In this document: positions 26,807 through 40,329 of the stretch, piece by piece
Layout of the letters: each line of letters begins with the position of its first letter
How positions within the stretch are numbered: the stretch's first letter is position 1
Assembly (NCBI RefSeq): GCF_006345805.1
Contig: NC_042998.1
Span: forward strand, 129,828,001-129,892,000
From: Octopus sinensis
Lineage: Eukaryota
Direction of reading: 5' to 3'
Length of the DNA stretch: 64,000 nt
Notes under the pieces: generated by a model
The model's input: only the letters and a program-made list of their open reading frames with translations
Database searches by the model: none
What the model was told of the DNA's origin: nothing
Position numbers and translations under genes: made by a program

Positions 26807-26970
26807 ATGATAACATCGAAAAATACTTTAGAAATAAGAACACAGGTTCGAAATTTCCCCAAGGCACCTGATGAATGCTGCAGGGTATATCAGCCGAAAC
26901 GGTGTGTTAACAACAAACAAGATGAGGACAAACATCCATCAAATGTAAATAATGTAAAAAATGTAAATAA
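26723..26970 (+). mobile_element. Family C copy, head-to-head with 26451-26714, tRNA head internally deleted
   Basis: A box only, then (AAT)n/(GTA)n and HHR motif 26863-26908. Confidence 0.75.
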
Positions 26971-28055
26971 TTCCTCATCTCTTAAACATAGAAATGTATT
27001 GCAAGCTCTCTCAACTGATACTCTATGCAAACAGCCCTCTTTTAATGCGAATATAAAAATTTCCAACGTAAGCCCAGATTAGAAACTTATAGTGAGGTGA
27101 GAAATCGAGTCGATTACATCGTGGCAGTATTTGACTGATAATTTATTTTTCGAACGTGGGGAAGATTGAGAGAGAGCAGATCTCGGCACGATATAACCGC
27201 AGGACATAAGGCTTCCCTAAACAAATGAAAAACACGTTTTTCAAATTAAATCTTGATTTATAACAGTCCTAATAAAAGAAATGTTTATGTCTTGCTATAT
27301 CCAATTTAATCGACAGCAATATTTGATTAGTACTTTTTGTAAACAACAGGGGAAGATAGAAGTAAAAATTAACTTCGCCTGGGATTTGAAGTCATAACGT
27401 AGCAAGACACACAACAATTATACCACGAATCACTTTGACCGACACTTTAACGATACTGTGCATCCTTGTCAATGCAATAATAATTGTTTGTAAAATAGAA
27501 ACAAAACCTAAAATTTACGGGAGAGAATTAATCGATTGTATCAAACCAGGAACTTAACATTATAGACCCAAGAGATGAGATGAAGTACAAGGTAGATCTT
27601 GGTGCTATTTGAACTCAGATTGTAAAAATCCGGAACAGTTATTGGAAAACATATTGCCAGACGCTTTAACAATCCTCTCAGTTTGCCGCCTATTTTTTTT
27701 TTTTTGATAAAATAATAACTACATAATAATGTTTGGACTTTAATCTAATTAATTCTAAATTTTTAATATTTATTATAGTAGTTACAGAAGTTAGATGTTT
27801 TAACTTTATTGTCTGTAGTATATCGTTTATTGTATATAGTTTTATGCAAATAGGAAAATAATATATATAAAATATCAAAAGCCATCGATAATTTTTAATT
27901 AAAAAAAATCTTTAATATACAATCAAAAGTCTCGCGCAAACTCAAAAAAAAAAGAGGAAAAATTTATTAATATATACAAAGTAAAAGTTTCAGAATGAAA
28001 CAATATAAATAACCATACATACATACATACATACATACATACATACATACATACA

Positions 28056-28086
<31 letters not shown>

Positions 28087-28161
28087 GTATGTATACATAC
28101 TTAGTATTTAGTTATGTAAGTATGCATATCTATCTATCTAATCTATCTATCTATCTATCTT

Positions 28162-28236
<75 letters not shown>

Positions 28237-28306
28237 TCTGTATACACACCTCAAGGTTAAATTTAAGAACCAGTTCAAAATTTCACATTAATTTATTGCA
28301 ATAGGC

Positions 28307-28386
28307 CAGAGGCTCCCAACGTGAGGTCCGCGGACCCCTGGTGGTCCAAAAAGGTAATACTCGGTGTCCGTAAACTAAATTCAAAG

Positions 28387-28427
<41 letters not shown>

Positions 28428-28518
28428 CATATTAAAACGGGTCTGTGGGAAAACTCATTTAAATAAAAGTGTGGGGAGCCACTGTTGGGGACCACTATAA
28501 AAATGTTGGGAACCACTG
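28307..28518. mobile_element. hAT-type MITE
   Basis: TIRs CAGAGGCTCCCAAC / GTTGGGAACCACTG; 8-bp flanks CAATAGGC / CTATAGGT (6/8 match). Confidence 0.7.
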
Positions 28519-28689
28519 CTATAGGTAGTACAATGGCATATATCTTAACTATTCTGGGGGTTAACCGCCAAGTTCCCTATACTTTATATATTACAAATGG
28601 GAATTATATAGACCAAGAATAGAATGGCAAAGTTAATCTCAGTATCGTTTAAATTATGAAAATAATTGGCTGTATCACGTGATGTTGGG

Positions 28690-28950
28690 GAAATGTTTTG
28701 ACGTCATCGAAGTTTCCACATTAAGCAGGACAGAGGTGTTTTCCTTGTTCTGCACACAAAGGAATGAATATGTTGCATTTGGCTTCCATTAGGATCATTG
28801 GCTCTCATGATCATCGCGTGACGGTGGTTTTATTGACCATAGCCTTTTGGGGACAGGATCCTCCCATTGGGCAGTTGGTAGAAGTTCTGAGGTTACAGAT
28901 CGGATTGTGGGCGGAATGCTGTGTAACTTGCGTTTACTTCCTGTTCTAGT
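28690..28950 (-). pseudogene. Decayed GIY-YIG endonuclease fragment of a second PLE type
   Basis: Conceptual translation ICNLRTSTNCPMGGSCPQKAMVNKTTV, then in another frame HIHSF..RKTPLSCLMWKLR; resembles the CNC..CP..G.C...VY.A.V and H..SF...T.LS..IWKLK pattern. Confidence 0.5.
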
Positions 28951-30831
28951 GTGCAATTTTGGAGTGTGTATTATCTAAGCATACTTTACTAACATTGATG
29001 CAATGGGAATTCTAACATCAAGATCTGTATATTTTTGTGGAAAATGCTTGTTAATCAGCGCCAGAAACCTCATAGGAATATTAGTAAAAATACCTAGATT
29101 GAATAGATGTTTAAACATTTTTTTTTCTTTTTAGCTCATTTGGTATTTGCTATACTCCATATATATCATTTCACTTTCTATTTGTTATAGTCCACATACA
29201 CAGTCTTCTCGGTAAATCCACTCCCCACTTCTGCCTTTTTATAGTGGGGACGACCCTATTAGGGCTCTTTGTGCTCACCGAGACATTGGGACTTCTACTG
29301 ATATTTGCGACAAGGTTTTTAATTTTAACTAGTTGGTGGTTGTAGTGTTTTATAAATATGAAAAATTTCCTCGTCGGTATTTTGTGTGGATATTACTTGC
29401 CTCCTCTATCAATGTGTAGTTTTACATCTAACAAATGCAATATTGGTTGCTAACAGCAGCAGCTGCGTCCAATTCGTTGGAGATGAATTCATAGAATTAA
29501 TTCTTCATGCATGCGGTGCCCTTTCATATGGCATGAGATTGCTAGACTATCACCATTGTATGACAGAACTGAGCTTGCTGACCTTGTTGGCTTACTCTTC
29601 CTCGATACTCTAACCATAATCGTACGCCATATTTACAGTTCCACTTAAAACATACAATCATCAACACCTACGCTTACGCAGTTTATATCATCTTTCATTG
29701 ATCTCTATCCTTCCTAAAATAAGCATCATTCACACGCAGTCTAGACGCTACTCTTCTGTAACCAAAATACTGAGGACACTCCTCATATCAAGAGAAAGTC
29801 ACCATAACAAATACGTCACTAAATATCAATAGTATTCAGCTAGAACTCTCGTGATCGAAGAAATATTGAGTCTTACTATCACCGAGGAACGCTTTCGGTG
29901 AAAGCACCATCTTTAATGAAACATGCAGCAGTGTGAACATCCTGATACGTTTTAATAGTAAAAAAGGGCAAAGAAAAAAGGAAAATAAATAAGTAAAATA
30001 TATTATGCTTAAACAAGTAGTCATTTGCATGCAATTAGTAAACTAATCGAACGAAAAGTTATTTTCCGTAACGGTTGCGCTCGTATATCACTGAAGCGTA
30101 ACATTTTTGAATAGGCAAAACTTGCTCGAACTAAATGTGCTAATAGAAACACTCCAAACGAAACGGTTGTAATGATTTCCTTTGCAATCATTAGCTAAGC
30201 TTTTCTGTTATCATTTATCAGTGTTCCATCTCGTATTTCATCAGCCGTAAATTCATCATCGACCACGTGTATTAATTTCAAATGTTGTATAAAAGAAAGC
30301 AAAAAACAATAACACATTCAAGAGCAACACAATATATTACTTCCAAAATGTTACACTGATTGTTGCATTTTAACACGCAGGATATCCAAGAAAGATATGA
30401 AATACATCCGGTGCAGTAACTGGTCTAGAACTAGCCTTCATGCAAGTGTGAAATATATTTGAGAGAAACGAAAAGGAATAAATAAAGATATGAACATTAA
30501 AAAGTATAAAAATATTTCAATCGTGGCATAAATAGAGGATCCAAAGATTAGGATGAGTCATTCGCCTGCACTTAATAATAAACATTAAATTATTAATGAG
30601 TTTTAATAAAGGTAATTGATTTTCAAACTGTACAGAGGTATTGATTAAATCAATATAATGTAATGATTGCACTTCCTTACTGGGTTTCTCTTGCGAGTGT
30701 ACGGCTTTTACTCTCTCATATTATGTGATTCAGTGTGTGCATAAATATATATGTATGAATGTTTATGCATATAAGTCTATATACATACAAACACTGACAC
30801 ACCGACATGTACATATGTATATATTTATGTA

Positions 30832-30882
<51 letters not shown>

Positions 30883-31851
30883 TATATAAGGATACATAAT
30901 ATACATATATACATATACATTTACGCGTATATACGTATCTATGCGTATAATCTTACATACACGCTCATTTACATTTATATACAAAGCATATATACATATG
31001 TATGTGCATACTCTTAAGTATTTTAGCTATCACTGCCAAAGCATAGCCGGAGCACCGCCTTCATATTTGTTCGTTCTTTAGCACTTGAGTTACCTCTCTA
31101 TAAAAATTCCTATATTTTAATTTCTTTTTAAGCACTTGGTATTTGTATAGAGCGACTATGAAACTAGGGGAGATTACACAATTTTAGTCGTAGACTTTTA
31201 AAGAGATCTGATCTGGTGTGTGTTATAAAAATGCATATACATACGTTTACAAAGTGAGCGGGAAAACATTCATCAGGTTTCCTAGATAATTTGAGAACAG
31301 TGTACAACTGGAGGCAATTTACATGACAAAGTGGTGCAGTATATTTTTTAGGTGCGGAGGAAGAACAAGAGTATATTTGTGTATGATAGCAACTCCTACT
31401 TTTGTTGGTCATATACACCAAAATTTTAAAACAAGAATATCGAGAATATTCCACAAAATTCCTATCGGCATTTAAGAACATAGACACATAACGCCTACAT
31501 TTATTTCCAGCAGTTCTATGACTTTTGTAGGTGAATGCTTTTTTTTTATGTGTCTGATCAACTGTTAAATAATACCAGGTGTGCCACGTGGAAGTTGTGG
31601 AGAGCAGTTGTCCTAGAAGCTCAGAACCACCCATATAAACGCGCGCGCACGCACACAGGTACACGCACACACACACACACACACGCATACACACACACAC
31701 ACACACATTCATACAGGTATATACCGCTTGGCTCTTCGGTTGCCTGCTTGTGAGCACTTCACAGACACGCGTACTCTTATCTTACTTCTCAGGAAATATT
31801 CAGCATAAGACACAATGGAAAACGGCTGACCATTTAAATTACACATACATA

Positions 31852-31900
<49 letters not shown>

Positions 31901-33550
31901 CACACACACACACAACACACACACGTTAGTGTGTGTTTGTGTCTGTGAGCGCAGCGGTGTTTCGTCCGTCTTTTAGTTCTGACTTCTAATGTAGCAGATG
32001 AGAACTAAGGTCGATGTAATTACCTTAACTCCTCCCAAATTGCTGGTCTTGTACCAAAATGTGAAACCTATTTGAAAAAGGATAAAATAATTTATGATAG
32101 TAGATCTGGTAAGACAAAAGAGCAAATCTACAACGCGCATGATTAAAAAAAATTGAATCTAAAATATATTTTCTAGATATGCTTTGTTCAAATTTGAACC
32201 TTCACTTATAATCAGCTAAAAATATATGATAATGAAATTTGAATGTAATGTTAAGTATGCATAATTTTACACTTTAAGTTATGGTACGTATACAAACATG
32301 CATTGCTAAGAGTTGAGCCACATTGTTAATTTAGCAGTGAGCCGCGCTGCAGCCCATTTTTAATCGCATACATATATTCGCTAATTTATATGTGTACAGG
32401 TTTCATTGCCTTTATTCCTGAAATTTATTGCGCTGTCCTTCTGAGACATTGAGAGTGATCAGCTAAATTACTTGTGTACTTATTTATAAATGTTCCAGGT
32501 TTCCCCATCGATTTTCAATGGTTTTGAAAGGCCTGATATTTTTCTAGTGACAAACGCCAATGTCCGAACTTAGAACATAGGAAGACGGAACAAATATAGC
32601 GAAGCATTCTACTCAATGCTATAACGAGATATGTATATCAATGTGCGAGCATGCATGCGTGCGTAAGTGTGTGCGCGGGTGCGTGAATGTGTGCATCGGT
32701 ATCTGTGTTTACGTATAGCAGAAAAGATTTGTCGAGTTGCTTTACTTACATACGTGCCTACCTAGCCATTCAGCGAACAGAGGGGGCTAGAATAAAAAAT
32801 AGATTAAAATAAATATTGGTTATGTGGTTAGTAATATTGACTGAAAAAATCTGAATGAAGTGAGTTCCCCAGCATTGTTGCAGTCCATTATATGAAACAA
32901 GAGTAAAAGTAAAAAACATATAACCTTTTAATATAGTGTTTTACGCACACACAATCACGAACACATGTACTCCCGCCTTCATGTGTAAATGTGTGTGTAA
33001 GTACGTGTGCTTGATTGATTTGCGTGAAAGATAAATGAAAATTCCGTCACGATGTTCGACGTGAATTTCAATGGTTGGCTCAGCGGATATAACCATCCAT
33101 TTTATTACACAGCAGATAAACTTTTACTCTTAAACGTTTTTGCAAATATCATCAGTGTGTTACATAGTGTGAGAAGGCTGACACTTTCAAATACATATAT
33201 TGCACATTCAAAAGTCTTCAACTCATAAAACTTGGGGTGAACTATGTTTTATGAGAGAAATCGAAGCGATCCATGTTTGATGAGTATAATTGGTGAGATA
33301 TTTACTGCAGAAATACTTTGACAAGGTGCAGTACATTACAATGAAACGTAAAGACCTTATGATTATCAAGCAGATACATTAAATATTCTAGTATGCTTTA
33401 CGTATATGTGTCTCTAAGTAAAGATATACCACTGGATATGTGAAAGATAAGAAGATAAACAGAAATCTATACTCAGATGAACACAGAGATAAACTTTAGT
33501 ATTTAGCCTTTCCATCTATTTAGGTATGTATGTGAATAGAAACACACACG

Positions 33551-33611
<61 letters not shown>

Positions 33612-34896
33612 CATATGTACATGCAGTTGCTTACACATATATTTACTTAATTCTTTCTTGCTCTCTCACTACGCATATGTGTGTGGGTGTGTGCGTATAG
33701 ATAGATATACATATATACATATATATGTCTATAAAAACATCTATACACACACACACACACACAAATATATGTACGTATGCATGTGTGTTTGCGCATGAAT
33801 TTAAGCATGCGTATATATGGTTTTTAACTAGTTTTAGGACTAGTATGAATACATTAACGTGATGCAGAAAAAAACATCTATTATGTGTGTCTTTCTAAGA
33901 AACGTGTTCTACTTTCTGTTCGAGAGGTTATATCCTAGCCCTTTGTATCGACCGTCTTTCCGTTGCCACGAAAAATAAAGCACTCTAATTGCCTTGCACC
34001 TCTTACCGAGTTGTATCACAGCCTTTAGCTTTCACATAATTACATCTCTTTTGTAATGTCTTTAAATATATCTGCAGCCCACCTGTTTCTGTTACGGAAT
34101 ATTTTGCCCAGGGGAAAACTTTGATATTGAAAAAAAACACCTTTTATTGAGTTTTCTAATTTTCACTGATAATAATCGTAGATTTCGAATCTAAATTACT
34201 TTCACCTTTTTGTGACACGTCATTACATTCACTTGACTAGTACTGTCAATATTCCAGCTATTTGGACCCTGTCTGATGAACATTATTCTTTCTTCGCTCT
34301 CAGGAGCTGTGTAATCTTTTTTATTCCTTTCACCTATATCGTTATATCTAAAAAATTTATTTGTAATTATTTTTCGTTTTCTCGTTTTTTTTGTTTTGTT
34401 TTTCCTTATCAAATATTCATCTATCAATTCCAAAATACCTATCAATGGATCACATCTTCTATTACTGTATATAGAAACTAATGTTTGTGTTAACTAATGA
34501 TTTTTTATTAGTAAAGAAGTAAAAGAAATATTCTTTGACCGTGTGAAGATAAGATATTCACCATGATGTGCTTCCGTAGCTTTGTTGGTAATATATCACT
34601 TATTCGCATATCTCAGGTCATGTGTATGTATGCTATTAAAGGAAATTGTGATACAGTGAGATAGATGGTGGCGTATTGCAATAGCTGTTCTATATTTGCT
34701 CCTCAAACACCAAGTATTTGCCAAAAGGGACGCATATGCAACTACGATCGACATACTAACGATGAGATACAGATATCTTTATAATCAAAATCTTCCTTCT
34801 TAAACAGAGAAACGCATAAGATAATATATAATTAAATATGCGTTGGATAAACATAAAAAATATGAATGGTGACTACTGAAATGCATAAGCACGCCA

Positions 34897-34931
<35 letters not shown>

Positions 34932-34961
34932 CATGTGTGTGCGTGCGCATGTGTGTGTATA

Positions 34962-35843
34962 CGGGATGCCATAGGTTAATTATCGACATTTTATATTTCT
35001 AATTTCGCGCATACACATTGCTTGATTTTAGTTTTGTCGACTACACAGTATAGTAGGGTCAGTTGGGCACTATCTGTGAGAGAAACAGCGCCATGACGGT
35101 AGTAACTGTACCACAATATGGGAATGACATGCTGTACTGGTTGTCATTCGCGCCGGAAGCTCCAATACGAACATTTTAAAGTGTTTACGTGTCAATCTGG
35201 GGACAGCGTAATCTGAGGACATGTACCGAGAATGATAAAAATCAAACATCTAGTTAGCATCATGGTGTTTCGAATGATCACTAGTGATGGCAACGTTATA
35301 CCTTCATTCATCTTCCCACACAGCCTCAAACTCAACACAGAGGCTTACTTCAAGTGCCTAGAGGAGGTAGTGTTGCCCTGGGCCAAGAAGGTGGTTACTG
35401 TAAGATACTATGTCTGGCAACAGCACTCTACACCATGCCACACAAGCAGGAGAACCCAGTCATAGCTGTCAGACAATTCCTGCGTCCACATCACCCCTAA
35501 CATCTGGCCACTTGTCTTCCAAGACTGCAACCCCTTTGATTATTACGTGTAGGACGCAGTTGAGGGAGAGGCCAATAAAACTCTTTGTAACACCAAAGAT
35601 AAAGTGAAGGCAAGAATTATAGTAGCATTTACCAACTTAAACAAAGAGACCATCCAGAAGATTTCCAGGAGATTCCAAACTCGTCTGGATGCCATAGTTG
35701 AAGCCAATTGCGATTTTACTGAATAAATTTACTGTTTGCTATTTCAAGATATTTTTATGTAGTTTTGGTAAATATAACTGCTAAAATGAGATGTCAATGT
35801 TTTCATTTTTGCGTAATTTAGACAACAGTTTATTCACCGCACC

Positions 35844-35846
<3 letters not shown>
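34962..35846 (+). mobile_element. Internally deleted Tc1/mariner-superfamily transposon, DD37D (maT)-like
   Basis: IMVFRMITSDG, LNTEAYFKCLEEVVLPW, YVWQQHSTPCHTSRRTQS, then a CNPFDYYV-like segment; TA at both ends; TIR match weak. Confidence 0.75.
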
Positions 35847-35888
<42 letters not shown>

Positions 35889-36369
35889 ATAGATAGATTA
35901 GATAGATAGATACACACATACATACATACATACATACATATTAATGTTTATATACATACACGAGAACATATACAAAGGCACACAAACACACTTCACATGC
36001 ACAGCACACATACAGAAATAAAGGAATAGCAATGTGGTTCTCGAACGCCTTTTTTTGTTTCTGAGAATTCGACATTCAGACTGCGGGACGCTGAACTCAG
36101 GTTTATACATACATACACACATACATATATACATACATACATACATACATACATACATACATACAAACACACATACATACATGGTGGCTGCCTCCTCATT
36201 ATCGAGTATGGCCATTGCAAGAATCTTAATCATTGTTGTTATCGTGCAATGCCTGTGCAAGAAGATATTTTTTTAAGTGAGGAAAGGCTGTGCACTGAGT
36301 CAATCCCACTCACTGAGCAACAGCAGCCATAATCCGAAAAGAAGAACAAATCAACATCATCGGTAACCA

Positions 36370-36730
36370 CTGAGCCGCAGGTTTTATGTCGGAGTTATCC
36401 CAGTTACCTGAGTTGCCTTCTCCTAGAAGGATGCCCTGACAAAGGCTAGGAGTCCTTCACTCCCAATGGTTTAACTGCGCGATCGGGTATTCAATCCGAT
36501 TATTTCTATGTCCCCGCTCATGATACAGCTTTAAGACATTTATTGGATGGCCGTTGACTCTTAAGAGTTCCTCCGCCCTTTGACGGGTTTTGTTTTTCAT
36601 CCCGCAGGGTGACCAATAAACACCCTCCTCACCAAGCGAGCTTGGTGGGGTTGCCGGTTTAGTCACCGACGACCCGACCATGCAACATGTAGTACTGGGT
36701 TACATGTTACCAGTAGCCCTCGAAAGTGAC
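36370..36730 (-). repeat. GC-richer dispersed repeat, possibly a LINE (RTE-type) 5' UTR relic
   Basis: Compositional island with several hairpins next to (TACA)n; assignment from recall only. Confidence 0.3.
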
Positions 36731-36844
36731 CTGACATACATACATACATACATACATACATACATACATACATACATACATACATGCATACATACATGTT
36801 TAAGCTGTGGATATCTGAAGAGTATTATACTCATTCACAAAGTT

Positions 36845-37290
36845 TATCAAAATTACACACCGTTTCTTTGTGGATGACTTGAAACTATATGCCAAGAATG
36901 TGCATGAGATGAAAAACAGCATTGTCAAAGGTTATGTGGTTGGAATTTGGTCAGGATAAATGTTGTTATATGGTTCTGAAAAGAGGGAAAACAGTAAATT
37001 CGATTAGCTGCATCTCCATCAATTAACTGTTTCTCCTATATCAGATGAGAAATGTACAGGTACCTAGGGTAGATAAAGCATATCTTACTATGGTACATAT
37101 AACAAGGCACGTATCACTAAAAATATTACAACCGGATAAGGAAATTCTGGGCCTCAGATCTCTTCGCATTCTGTAAAACAGTGGCCCATAATCTATAGCA
37201 TTGTCGAGCTGTCGGTGACATTTTTCCATATGTTCTGTTGTAAGTATTTACTACGTTTTCTGGGACTATGGTGTCAGTGTCTGCATTCGC
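36845..37290 (+). mobile_element. R4/Dong-like non-LTR RT fragment
   Basis: KITHRFFVDDLKLYAKN, EFGQDKC, YRYLG, YYGTYNKARITK, RIRKFWASDL across frames. Confidence 0.7.
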
Positions 37291-37299
37291 TTAAGATCC

Positions 37300-37620
37300 A
37301 CAAAAAACATCTTTTATGTAACACGCTTTAACACACAATGGAAGACTTTCCAGGCTATAATGGATTTCTTCTCAACATCATGTTCTCTCAGTTTCCAGGC
37401 CAGCCCTTTGTCGAACCTAATGACTTCTTCCTGGTTGCGAGTTTGGCGGCGGTCAATTCTCTCGTCTACCTTAGCAGCGATCTCTCTAGAGATGAATCCC
37501 CTGTGTCTGAAATAAATCTGAGGGTCGGAAAACCGGCAAAGTATTTGGAGGATTCAAAACTCGTGTGTGGTCTGACAGAGGTATTACCACCAAAACCAAG
37601 ATCAGTGGCAATGAATCATA
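37300..37620 (-). pseudogene. Possible decayed PLE GIY-YIG remnant
   Basis: LAWKLREHDVEKKSIIAWKVFH resembles the EN C-terminal WKLK..I.W.I pattern; upstream motifs poorly preserved. Confidence 0.3.
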
Positions 37621-37849
37621 TGTCTTAACTGTCCATTTATACTCTTCCGATTCTTGGACTACATTTCATCTTCACATCAAGGATTTGGAAAGGTTCCGTC
37701 ACACTTGGTTTGGGAGGATGTAAAACATCAAATGGCAGTCTCTTATACTAGACAGCTTTTTTCGGGAGCAAGCCTACACATCCAGTATTGAAATGCCTCA
37801 TGTGCAATCAGATGCGTTTCATCGGGGCACCTTTATGGGATGCAGAATG

Positions 37850-38225
37850 ACAGGCTACATAATCAGTTTTATGGGATGCTGCAACGTGATAAACGTTAAC
37901 CTCAGAAACATTTTTACGATGACGTCAACAACAATCTTAAGCACTTTGTGTTGTTGAAAAATGTTGTTGAAAAATCGATCGGTTGCCAAAAAAGGGATTT
38001 ACAATTTTTTATTCTCTTTCTCTTTTCTCTTTTATTCTATCTATAAAACATTTGAAACGCGGTCAATTAAATAATCCGTCTTGAAACGAACACTTTTTAA
38101 GCAGGACTTGACTTCAATCCTAGACACTTTTCTGTCTGAAAATGTTTGTAACATCTGCAGGAGGTTCTGTTTGTCAAAAGCTGAACTTGCTCGTCATATG
38201 AGATCTCACGACACTGCATTTACTA
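37850..38225 (+). mobile_element. RTE-type LINE 3' fragment with terminal C2H2-like motif
   Basis: FYGMLQRDKR..YDDVNNNLK, then VCNICRRFCLSKAELARHMRSH. Confidence 0.55.
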
Positions 38226-39662
38226 ACTGAAGAGATGACCTTGTTCTGCAAAGAAATGTCAGTCATCATATATATCTACAAGTACAGGGACCACATGAAT
38301 AAAATAATGCGTAACAATCAACGATATGTAGAACATTAATCGGCTACCATTTGGAAGACTTTTATTAGTAATCAAAAAAGTTCTGAAATGATAATTAAGG
38401 ATCTTTACCACAAAATACAATGTATAAAATTTCATTCTAGACAAACTGCAACTGTAACTTTTGTCTTATGGCCTAAATTAGAAACAGAACTCGTGCAAGA
38501 ATTCCACTATAGTTTCAGGATCTTGCAGTTCATTACTTCACACATAAAACTGTGAAAACAGCCACCAACCTCCAAGCAAAGAAAGGATTTTGTATGTGGT
38601 AAATGTAGCCTCAAATTACACTTCAGCATACAAAAAGCAAATTGAAGGACACATGGGAGAATTAGCCCAAAAGATATGACTACAAAGAGATATTTTACGG
38701 TAAGTTTGCACAACGATGTAACATCAACAATCAAAACAACAACAATAGAAACAACATCAAAAACAACACAATTGTTATGCCATAAAAAGAAACAAATTTG
38801 CACTTGTATTTCCTGCGAATTCACACTGCATCCATACTGCAAGTGATCTCATATGCTCTCTTCTCTGGAGAATTCATCTCAATATAACTCACTTTCAAAG
38901 TAGCCGGTAGTATTATTTATTGTTGAACTTTTCCATTTAAATAATTTCCCTGTGGTCTTTATAAAATTTTAAGGTAAAACAATATTTTATGTAATAATCA
39001 TAAACAACTGCATCTTGCAATATTTGAGGATCTAAACAAAACCTGGATACCCATACAGAACAGCAAACTGAATTATTAAAAAATAGGGTATACAATTTTG
39101 GCCTCTTACCTTGAAAAAAGAACTCATTAGCATACAATTACGTTGCAGGGTGTCCAAATAAAAATATTACTTAATTTATATAGTACTGTTCTCTAAGTAT
39201 ATGAAGCATGTTAAGCAAACATTACAATATATTCCCATTATGTCATCTAACATATTTTGTTATACATTTTTTACAGATTGAAAAAAATACCATTTACATG
39301 AAGCACTTTGATTAACGCAATCCCCAAATTTACAAATAAATTTATACCATTGCACTCAAGAACTCTATGTAAAAAGTTTGATATACATGTGGTGCTTTCA
39401 CATGTGTCGTTTACTTGAAATTTGTTTAATTTAAAGCGGCAAAACAAATGCGTTTCTTGGTATTAAGTTTTAAATTAACAATAATAGGAGTAATTGTAAA
39501 ATAAAAATGATTATATTTTTTATTCACTATAAAGGTTAGATGAAATACAAAACAAACACGTTTTACAAATTGAGTTCTTAAAATACACGATAAAAAAATA
39601 AGAAGCAAAAACTATATTACAACCGTTATATAAATATGTATGTGTGTACGTGCAGGTATGCG

Positions 39663-39705
<43 letters not shown>

Positions 39706-40329
39706 CTGCGTGTGTGTCTGCGTGAGTGCTTTAGTATATGTGTGTGTAATTATGAAGAAATAGGAAAGAATTTTCCTTTCAGATATGTTACAGTTAAGAC
39801 AAAACTATGTTCGAATTGTATTGCATGTTATTAAGTATCCTTTTAGTTTTTATTTTCCTCATTACTCCTTTATGCTTAATTTGAATCATTAAGTTTCTGA
39901 TTTCTGAAATCCATTAGTTTCTTAACGTTTCAAAACTTCTCGTATCCCATCATCAGAATAAAGTGTTGGTAATATGAAAGCATTGTTATCGCGCTTTTGA
40001 AGAGCATATCAGATTATTGTTGAAGTTGTTAATAATTACAACAGTAATTTAAAAGATTATACAAATTTATGACATGATATATATATATAGATTTATTTTA
40101 CCTGCAATTTATTCGTTTAGTTTCAATATTGTAGCGTTGCCAGCTAGTTTTTCAATTCAGTTAAATTGTAAATACTCTGTTACAATGTGCTGTGATGTCA
40201 AATTGTTGAAACTATATGTTCAACTGACGAGAATGTATGTTAATAATGTGCCTGAAGAATGCTACTGTTCAGTATTTGGTGGGTTCGCCTTGTTAAAATT
40301 TCCATTCGTTTTTCAATAATTTCCATTCT

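Noticed and set aside
36560-36730. HDV-like ribozyme
   Set aside because: Hairpins exist, but I could not assemble the P1-P2-P3-P1.1-P4 nested pseudoknot on either strand
38140-38215. Host C2H2 zinc-finger gene
   Set aside because: Single finger in a stop-ridden RTE-like context, no TGEKP linkers
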